DNA of 64,000 nucleotides from a virus (lineage: Duplodnaviria; Caudoviricetes): IMG/VR virus record IMGVR_UViG_3300044991_001466. One strand, written 5' to 3'. Positions 56,530 through 64,000 of the stretch are shown piece after piece; the first letter of the stretch is position 1; every line of letters starts with the position of its first letter. Made by a program: the position numbers and the translations under genes. The notes below the pieces were generated by a model. The model was given only the letters and a program-made list of their open reading frames with translations. It had not been told where the DNA came from and did no database searches.

Positions 56530-59500
56530 ATGCAGAAACATAGAATTTCAACAAATATAGGGAAGGACCAAAGAGTCACAGTCGAAATTAAACAAGATTA
56601 CGACTTGCTTGAAATTTTGTCTTTAAAATTTAGTCAACAAGACATCTACACATCCCTTTGTGCTGATTATGGGGTTGTTTGCGGTAGGGTAACAGCGAAT
56701 GACGGGTTTGGTATTCCAAACGCTAAAGTATCGATTTTTGTACCCCAATTAACTATACATTCGGATGACCCGGTTATATCTGCATTATACCCATACACAT
56801 CAATATCAGAAAAAGACGAAAATAACTATCGATACAACTTATTACCGGCAAGAAAACAACATGGTGGACACGTACCAACCGGTACATTTCCCGACCAAAC
56901 TGAAATTTTAACAAGAGAAGAATACTTGGAGGTATATGAAAGTTATTACACATATACCGTTAAGACTAATGAATCGGGTGATTTCATGATTTGGGGGGTT
57001 CCTTTAGGTCAACAAACAATAAATGTTGATATTGATTTATCTGACATTGGATGCTTTTCTTTAAGACCATATGACTTTATTAAAAAGGGAGTTGGTATTG
57101 ACCAATTTGATAGGTACTACAATTTTAAATCGGGTTCAGATGTAGATGGTTTACCACAAATTGTTAATTTTCAAAAAACAGTTGAAGTATATCCGTTCTG
57201 GGGTAATATAGATTTATGTCAGATTGGTATAACAAGAACTGATTTTGACTTGTTAGATAAGGGAATTAAAATTGAACCAATATCATTAATTTTAGCTTCC
57301 ACCATTACAGATGATAATGGGGATGCGATTAAAAGAAGTGGTGTAATTAGACGTAAGTCTGGTTACAAATGTAATTTACAAACAACAGAGGGTAGAATTG
57401 AAGCGGTTAGATATACAGGTAATAAAATACTTGGTTCTGATAAAGTTACGTTATATCCTGAATTGGAATATTTTAATCCGAGTGAATCTATTGATTCAGA
57501 TGGAACCGCAATGGTTGTATTACCAATGAACATGGAGTATGTTTACACAAATGAATTTGGTGAACAAGAAATAACAAACGATATAAATAAAGGAATACCA
57601 ACCACAACGGTTGCACGTTTTAGATTTACCTTAGATGGTAACAACGATAAAACAGGTACTGCAAAATATTTGGTTCCACAAATTAGAGAGTATAATAAAA
57701 ACGCTAATGGGTCAAATAATTTAGGTGAATATGACGAAGAGTTATTAACTACTTATCAATTCTCAAATGTTTTTGAAGATTATTTAAATATTGTACCACC
57801 GGAAGGTGTTACGACATCTGTAATGTCATCCGAATTTAGTGATGATAAAAAGGATTTGATGTTAGGTAAAAATAATGGTGGAGTACCTGAAGATGTTTTT
57901 TATAAATTTATTTTTGGTAAGGTATATACGGTTTCATCATTTCAAGGTTCTCATTATGAAACATCAGGAGTTGAGAATTTTTTAGGACTATCAAGAAAAG
58001 ACGCCTTCTTAGGGATTAAAGAAATTAGACCAAGTGTTGAAGATGATTGTGCTTCTAAAGCAAATTATTTCCCAACAAATTTTGGATTTAGAAATAGAAT
58101 AAAATTTGGATTAATTGTTTCTGAAATATTATTGTTTTTACAATATATTTTTACAATAGCGTATATTTTTATTATTGAAACATTGGCAGGTACATTGTGG
58201 TCTATTGCAAGATTTTTAGGACCTAAAGATTATACCTTTGCAGATCATCCATTTTTTGATTTTTCGGTTAAATTAATAAAACTGGCATATGATTTACAAG
58301 AATCGGGTCAAACTGTTTTACCGTTAACCACATATCCGGATTGTGAAGAATGTACTTCTGATGTGGATACTGTTGACCCCTCAAATAACACAACATTTGT
58401 CATTGAAGAAGGATGTAAAAAATATGATAAATTCTACAATGAGAGTTTAGTTTATGCTTATATATGGTCAAATGATGGTAGTTACGGTAGAAATGATTTA
58501 CCATCTAATAGTGGTAACAAAAATGGTCCTAGTTGGACACAAGCGTCTGTACGAATTTCTTATGGTTATTTAAAAACAACAAACCCGTGGCATTTATTAG
58601 GAAAACCATATTATGAAAGTACTCCAAATTTAAAAGAACAACTAACCAGTCCAGGGTCTGGTTGGACAATAATGGCTGCGGTTGTCGGTGCAACTGGCGT
58701 TAATGTTAATATTAATGTTTCCGGAACGGCCTACGATGTCTCCACATTTAACACAACAACAAGAAGATTACCGAATGTTGTTGATAATGAGGGAGGATTA
58801 TTATATTATAATAAAAAAACAAAATCAGGATTAACTGAGATTAGAGATGGTGTTATTACTATTGTACCAGTAATTGATGGGGAATCAAAAAATTTAAGTG
58901 TAATTAAAGAATGGTATAAAAGAAAAAGAGTTGGTGTATTTTTCTGTGGTGGAGTTGTTAACTATTCATTTATTGATAACTGGTTAAACGGAATTTTATA
59001 TTTCTTCAAATTTGACAAAAGAGTTAGATGGGATGATGAGGCTGCGTTAGATTTAAACCAAAGAGGTACAAAGTATCCGAGAGAATTGGTATTTTTTAAT
59101 GTTTTAGATAAAGAATTTTATTATAGAGCAACACCATATAACCCAACAAGTGGATTTATTGGACAAAAATATTTTGATATTTATGGTAATCTAAAATATA
59201 GAGAAATTTTACACCCAACAACATTTTATGATGTTGGTGTTAGAGATGAATTCTTATTTGAGATTTGTCAAGATCCAAGAGTTGATGCAACCTGTTCGGT
59301 TGTTAGAGATATTAATGCAACATCTTATCAAGATCCGGCAAATATTGTTGAATATGCAATTAACTATAGATTAGACACAAACAACGGTAATTTTGATGTA
59401 GGTGATTTTTTCACTGGAACAGGAATGGGAACTAACGTGAATGTATTTGATGGTGACATCACACAACTAATGTCAATAAATTGTGAAGCGGGTATTGAGG

Positions 59501-61074
59501 CATTTGACTTAGATAGTCCACATTATTTCTTTTACAATGGAGAAATAATGGACCCTGAAGACCCTACGTTAGTTGATTTTTTTACCGATGGAAATGGTAA
59601 TTATGGTCCAACACCTATTGATTTAAAATTAGATAATAATGGTGCATTTATTAGACAATGTTTAAATTTTAGATTAGGAGATTATACACAAAAAGTACCT
59701 TTTTATTTGTGGGATAAAAAAGGATATGGTGATGTGGGATTTGGTTCATTCGATCCAGATTTATTAGATGACCAACAATGGGATAAGACTGTAATTGCGG
59801 TTGAACCATTACAAAGATTACATTCAATCTCAGGAATGGCAAATTCAGGTATATTTTCAACTGAAAATACTACAAACTATGTTATGGCAGATGGAGAAGA
59901 AGAATATCTTTTAAAACCAATCACTAAAGACCATCCTGGTTATGTCTTTGATGGTGACTATGCCGATATGTTAGAGAGATTTGAAAACATTAGTTTTTTG
60001 GCACCAAGTGGGTCTGCAGTTGGTTATGTTGAGGGAGACGTATGGTTACAAGTTACGTCAGGTACAAAGAAAAATCCGTTAGGTGGTAACATATATGTTG
60101 TGGTAGATGAGACTTGGACCTTAGAACCAAATCAATATGTTTCCGGTTCTAAAGAAACCTTCTTATTTAAAACAATAAATAATTACACAGGAAGCAAACA
60201 AGTATTATCAACACCGTTCTTATTTTATTTTGGTTTGAGACCAGATAAAACATCTTTGGATACCTTAATAAAATATTATGGACCTAAGGGTGTATTCCCA
60301 TCAACAGATTCTTGTGTGAATATTGATGTTGTAAGTGATCCATTGGCATCACCAACACCAACACCAACACCAACGCCAACCACTACGATTGGAGGTACTC
60401 CAGTTGGAACACCACCAGCAACTCCTGTTGCGTCCCCAACCGCAACACCATATTATAGATATTACAAATTACAAAGGTGTTCCGATAATGAAATTTTCTA
60501 TTCAATAAAATATATTAATGACACATTTGATTATGGACAACGAGTTTACTCTAGTTCTCAAGATATTTCATATGTGATTACCGATAAGTTAAATGCAACA
60601 TTAACTCCGGGAACCACTGGTGCAATACCCGATAATATTAGTTCGTATAGTTTATTACAAATCACCAGATCATTTGATGTTAATTCATTAGAACCATTAT
60701 TTGGTTGTCCAGACACGGGTGTATCAACACCTAATTACACTAGAATAACATTAATACGTGGAGGTACCAATACTTGGTATAATGGAACATATGCTAAAGA
60801 ACAACTTTGTGGTAAAACCCCAATATCAGCATTTAATTATGTACAAGGAGAAACAGGAGGTGGTAATATTTTCACCAAATTTATTAATTATATTCCTGGA
60901 AGTATGACACCATCAACAACATATAATGTATGGGACGAAGAAGATAGATTTACACCATTTAATGGAGGCAATTATAACTATGGAGTTATGATACCTGAAT
61001 CTGGCGCAACAATTACACATATTGTTGAAGTTTCATCAAGTGGACAAATAACTAACTGGCGTAGTTGTACGTAA
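56530..61074 (+). CDS. Large baseplate/tail protein (1514 aa) with Thr/Pro linker
   Basis: Follows gp6; N-terminal beta-sandwich motif GRV.ANDGFGIPNAKVSI; TP linker at 60349-60450; late motif upstream. Confidence 0.55.
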   Translation: MQKHRISTNIGKDQRVTVEIKQDYDLLEILSLKFSQQDIYTSLCADYGVVCGRVTANDGFGIPNAKVSIFVPQLTIHSDDPVISALYPYTSISEKDENNYRYNLLPARKQHGGHVPTGTFPDQTEILTREEYLEVYESYYTYTVKTNESGDFMIWGVPLGQQTINVDIDLSDIGCFSLRPYDFIKKGVGIDQFDRYYNFKSGSDVDGLPQIVNFQKTVEVYPFWGNIDLCQIGITRTDFDLLDKGIKIEPISLILASTITDDNGDAIKRSGVIRRKSGYKCNLQTTEGRIEAVRYTGNKILGSDKVTLYPELEYFNPSESIDSDGTAMVVLPMNMEYVYTNEFGEQEITNDINKGIPTTTVARFRFTLDGNNDKTGTAKYLVPQIREYNKNANGSNNLGEYDEELLTTYQFSNVFEDYLNIVPPEGVTTSVMSSEFSDDKKDLMLGKNNGGVPEDVFYKFIFGKVYTVSSFQGSHYETSGVENFLGLSRKDAFLGIKEIRPSVEDDCASKANYFPTNFGFRNRIKFGLIVSEILLFLQYIFTIAYIFIIETLAGTLWSIARFLGPKDYTFADHPFFDFSVKLIKLAYDLQESGQTVLPLTTYPDCEECTSDVDTVDPSNNTTFVIEEGCKKYDKFYNESLVYAYIWSNDGSYGRNDLPSNSGNKNGPSWTQASVRISYGYLKTTNPWHLLGKPYYESTPNLKEQLTSPGSGWTIMAAVVGATGVNVNINVSGTAYDVSTFNTTTRRLPNVVDNEGGLLYYNKKTKSGLTEIRDGVITIVPVIDGESKNLSVIKEWYKRKRVGVFFCGGVVNYSFIDNWLNGILYFFKFDKRVRWDDEAALDLNQRGTKYPRELVFFNVLDKEFYYRATPYNPTSGFIGQKYFDIYGNLKYREILHPTTFYDVGVRDEFLFEICQDPRVDATCSVVRDINATSYQDPANIVEYAINYRLDTNNGNFDVGDFFTGTGMGTNVNVFDGDITQLMSINCEAGIEAFDLDSPHYFFYNGEIMDPEDPTLVDFFTDGNGNYGPTPIDLKLDNNGAFIRQCLNFRLGDYTQKVPFYLWDKKGYGDVGFGSFDPDLLDDQQWDKTVIAVEPLQRLHSISGMANSGIFSTENTTNYVMADGEEEYLLKPITKDHPGYVFDGDYADMLERFENISFLAPSGSAVGYVEGDVWLQVTSGTKKNPLGGNIYVVVDETWTLEPNQYVSGSKETFLFKTINNYTGSKQVLSTPFLFYFGLRPDKTSLDTLIKYYGPKGVFPSTDSCVNIDVVSDPLASPTPTPTPTPTTTIGGTPVGTPPATPVASPTATPYYRYYKLQRCSDNEIFYSIKYINDTFDYGQRVYSSSQDISYVITDKLNATLTPGTTGAIPDNISSYSLLQITRSFDVNSLEPLFGCPDTGVSTPNYTRITLIRGGTNTWYNGTYAKEQLCGKTPISAFNYVQGETGGGNIFTKFINYIPGSMTPSTTYNVWDEEDRFTPFNGGNYNYGVMIPESGATITHIVEVSSSGQITNWRSCT

Positions 61075-61089
61075 TAAAAAAATATAAAA

Positions 61090-62841
61090 TTGGAAGAGAA
61101 TAAAAAAATAGTATTACCAAGTAAAAAGTTTGCCAACGCACCTGACGAAGAATTAGATTTAAAATTAAATCTTGATACTTCAGAATCTTTGCTAAGAATT
61201 GGTGAAAGGGATATTGTATTGGATGTTGCCAAGTTATATTCTAAAGAAAGAAATGACTCCATTAATTATAAAATTTATGGTAAGTTAAAAATGATTTTTC
61301 GTAATCTTTATTGTGGAAATACAGATTATACTTATTTGAAAGATAGATTATATTTGGTTGGAGATGGGACAACTACAGACCATACTGGTTTTTTACCATA
61401 TGATGAATTTGCGTTCATGAGACGTGATGTTTACCGAGAGATTAATACTTCAGAAACAAGAGATACTGTACCCACATTATTTACAAAAAATATATCTTAT
61501 ACTGGTTCAACTTCTCACACAACTATAACCCCAATTAATGCTCCATATCAAAATTGGAATTTATATTTAAGTTATGTTTATAGTGGAGATACTAATTTCC
61601 CAATGACATATAGTTTAACTGGTAGTACATATAGTGGTTTTACCGCTAACGATGGTATACCATTTAGGGTAACATACACTGGTGGAACATATTACGAATT
61701 AACAAGTCCTGTTGAACATGGAATGACTAATGGTGATTATATCGTTTTATCAGGAGGAACATTTACAGGTAACGCATCGGGAAGAACATATTCAATCACA
61801 AGTGTTGGAAATGAAATTTATGGTTCAGAAAAATATGTTGTTAATATTCTTAAATCACAAATACCTAAAACTAATATTTTTAATATCATCATGTTTGGTA
61901 AGAGATGCTTGGATATAAATAACATATCGGCATCAACATCAACCTATTATGTACATAAACATAAAACATTAACAGATGTTAATGGATATATTTTAGATAA
62001 AGTCGGATTTGAAACTCCAATATGGGAAGATGAAAAGAAATTAGTATTTGAAAATTTTTCAGGTGCTAATGATGTGTTGGTTGAAAGAAATAGAATGGAA
62101 TCTGTCTTATATGATTTTAAAGAACCATTTAAGTTAAGTGGGTTAACAAACAATTTAGGATTTACACCAACGGAAGTTTATGTAACCGCATTGTTTAGAA
62201 ATGGAAATGGATATTTTAATTACCCACCAAAAGTTGGTTACAAATTTAATTTTCATGATACTTGGATTGACCGTCAATTTAGTGGAACAACAGCAAATGA
62301 AACGAGTTTAAGTGGAGAAACATTTACAAGAGATTCTTTCACATTTACTAGTGGGAATACAATTCCTATTGATACGATATTAAATGGTGCCTTTGTTGAA
62401 TATAATCCAAAGGAGATGAAAGAGAGAATTGTAAGTGAATCTTTTCATAAAATAACAAACCCAACGACAATTTTTGACCATAGTCAAACCGTAGGGTCAT
62501 TAAATGCTTCATCTGATAATTTAGAGGGGTTATTATATCAACCACATTACAGAGTTAAATTAAGAGAGTTGTCACCATATGTTGAAACGGCAACAACCAA
62601 TGATATTTTTAATTTACCTGAAAATACAAATTATGATGCAGATGAAAATGTTTGGAGATGGAGAGATTTATATGACCAAGGTTATGTAGACCAAGATGGT
62701 TATGGTACTAATTTTCCATTTGTAAATGGTACACACTATGTTAGAACAAATATTAATTTCTATTTAAGAAATGAAAGATATTATACAAATAAACAGGATG
62801 GAGTTACCAACTTCAACAATAGAAAAAATATTAATTGTTAA
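61090..62841 (+). CDS. Virion structural protein (583 aa, TTG start)
   Basis: Beta-rich T/S/G sequence in the baseplate operon. Confidence 0.5.
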   Translation: MEENKKIVLPSKKFANAPDEELDLKLNLDTSESLLRIGERDIVLDVAKLYSKERNDSINYKIYGKLKMIFRNLYCGNTDYTYLKDRLYLVGDGTTTDHTGFLPYDEFAFMRRDVYREINTSETRDTVPTLFTKNISYTGSTSHTTITPINAPYQNWNLYLSYVYSGDTNFPMTYSLTGSTYSGFTANDGIPFRVTYTGGTYYELTSPVEHGMTNGDYIVLSGGTFTGNASGRTYSITSVGNEIYGSEKYVVNILKSQIPKTNIFNIIMFGKRCLDINNISASTSTYYVHKHKTLTDVNGYILDKVGFETPIWEDEKKLVFENFSGANDVLVERNRMESVLYDFKEPFKLSGLTNNLGFTPTEVYVTALFRNGNGYFNYPPKVGYKFNFHDTWIDRQFSGTTANETSLSGETFTRDSFTFTSGNTIPIDTILNGAFVEYNPKEMKERIVSESFHKITNPTTIFDHSQTVGSLNASSDNLEGLLYQPHYRVKLRELSPYVETATTNDIFNLPENTNYDADENVWRWRDLYDQGYVDQDGYGTNFPFVNGTHYVRTNINFYLRNERYYTNKQDGVTNFNNRKNINC

Positions 62842-64000
62842 ATGGAAATTCTTAGAAAAAATGTTGATTTAAATATCATTCTTAATCAAGAAACTGATTT
62901 TCAAACTAATGCGGGTTGGCAAGAGAATTTAGTTGCATTTGAAGATGAGATATTGTCTACAATAATTAATCCGATTGAAAATTACGAAACTATTAGGTAT
63001 ATACATAAACCTTATAGTGGGATGACAACAAATGTCGACGATAAACAAACCGATATTTGGTTTTATTTTTATTTTGCAACAAGTGGAAACACACCAAATT
63101 ATGTTCAAGATTATTCAGCACAAGGAATTACAATATTAGAAAATGAAAAAATGATGAAACAATCATCAGAAAGTTTTTTCAGATTAGAATTTTTTAAAAC
63201 ACCAGGTATTTTAGATGTTAGTGGAAATACGATAGGTTATCAACCACCAACAAGACAAAATAGAAAATTGGTTTTTGCAAAAAACCTTTCATTACCGTTA
63301 GGTGAAAAATATTATTATACACCATTAAATGGATATGTTCATTTACCGGTCTTTAAAGGTTCAAATTATGAAAATAAAGAAAACATGTATTTCTTTTGGT
63401 TTCAAGATGAGAGCGTTTTAAAAGAAACTAATTTAAGTGGAAGTACAACAGGAAACACTTTCTTTATGACCGCTAAATTCTTTAACGCAAAAGATGGTAG
63501 CATTCAAGATTTTACAAACGATTGTCACGCCACTGGTTATACAATAAATGAACAAAATGATATGTATTATCAAGTTGATATTGATAAGACAGATTACTCA
63601 TATAAAGTATATTATTTTAACGGTGTTGTTAAATGTGACCAAGTTGGTTTTATTAAAAAACCAATTAACTTTTTTGAAAAGGGTGGAGGAAGTTGTCCTA
63701 ATGGATTAACATATTATACATGTTCTAACGTTACCCCAACCCCAACCCCAACGTTAACACCGGTTAGTCCGACACCAACACCTACATTAACGGCAACTCC
63801 AACGGCAACGCCTGTGTTTAGTAAATGTTCTGATTGTGGATTATCATTAAATGGTGTTCCTGGTGGATTACTTAGTGTAATGACAGCTGGTGTTATTACG
63901 TCAAGTATTGGTTGTACCGTTGGCGAATATGCCATTGATTGGTATTTAAATGACAAAATAGGAGACCCTGAATTTACATCGGCTTCAACTATTGGTGCTG
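62842..64000 (+). CDS. Virion structural protein with Thr/Pro linker, truncated by the window end (absent from the ORF track)
   Basis: The ATG at 62842 directly follows the previous TAA and reads MEILRKNVDL. The same frame reads CSNVTPTPTPTLTPVSPTPTPTLTATPTATP at 63721-63813. I did not check every intervening codon. Confidence 0.65.
   Translation, partial: MEILRKNVDLNIILNQETDFQTNAGWQENLVAFEDEILSTIINPIENYETIRYIHKPYSGMTTNVDDKQTDIWFYFYFATSGNTPNYVQDYSAQGITILENEKMMKQSSESFFRLEFFKTPGILDVSGNTIGYQPPTRQNRKLVFAKNLSLPLGEKYYYTPLNGYVHLPVFKGSNYENKENMYFFWFQDESVLKETNLSGSTTGNTFFMTAKFFNAKDGSIQDFTNDCHATGYTINEQNDMYYQVDIDKTDYSYKVYYFNGVVKCDQVGFIKKPINFFEKGGGSCPNGLTYYTCSNVTPTPTPTLTPVSPTPTPTLTATPTATPVFSKCSDCGLSLNGVPGGLLSVMTAGVITSSIGCTVGEYAIDWYLNDKIGDPEFTSASTIGA

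Noticed and set aside
56-63956. Many short opposite-strand or alternate-frame ORFs in the track (e.g. 5819-6217, 17154-17387, 34837-35346, 44813-45127, 48424-48789, 53261-53626)
   Set aside because: They lie wholly inside well-supported genes, show shadow-ORF composition and have no recognisable motifs.
1-64000. Alternative genetic code (stop-codon reassignment), as in some large phages
   Set aside because: Conserved genes are intact under table 11, and both TAG (polB, 21536-21538) and TGA (dut; the 1576-aa gene) serve as real stops.

Overview
A 64-kb AT-rich, gene-dense segment of a large T4-like (contractile-tailed) bacteriophage genome in the standard genetic code; I saw no tRNA, rRNA or CRISPR array. 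Structural genes: neck gp13/gp14-like, tail terminator, sheath, tube, tail-assembly chaperone, tape measure, tube initiator, LysM/gp53, hub, gp25, gp6, gp5-like spike and several large virion proteins. Replication and nucleotide genes: family B DNA polymerase, SNF2 helicase, gp32-like SSB, RecA/UvsX, 5'-3' exonuclease, DnaB/gp41, NrdB/NrdA, dUTPase and PhoH. Also present are a gp55-like late sigma factor and three glycosyltransferases. A-rich, Shine-Dalgarno-free leaders suggest a Bacteroidota host (inference). Main leads: (1) a probable programmed +1 frameshift at UUU_UUU_CGC that extends the tail chaperone into a hidden gp51-like frame just before the tape measure gene; (2) an intergenic element between sheath and tube with a parS-like palindrome and 10-bp phased palindromic repeats (candidate origin); (3) a late-promoter motif TATTTAT, matching the reverse complement of the T4 late promoter core; (4) putative head-packaged proteins sharing an LxE-[ES]-I-x-K-I-K tag, one carrying a WYL-like domain; (5) glycosyltransferases coupled to the late sigma gene alongside mucin-like Thr-Pro linkers in virion proteins. 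All homology calls come from motif recognition by eye; no database search was run.
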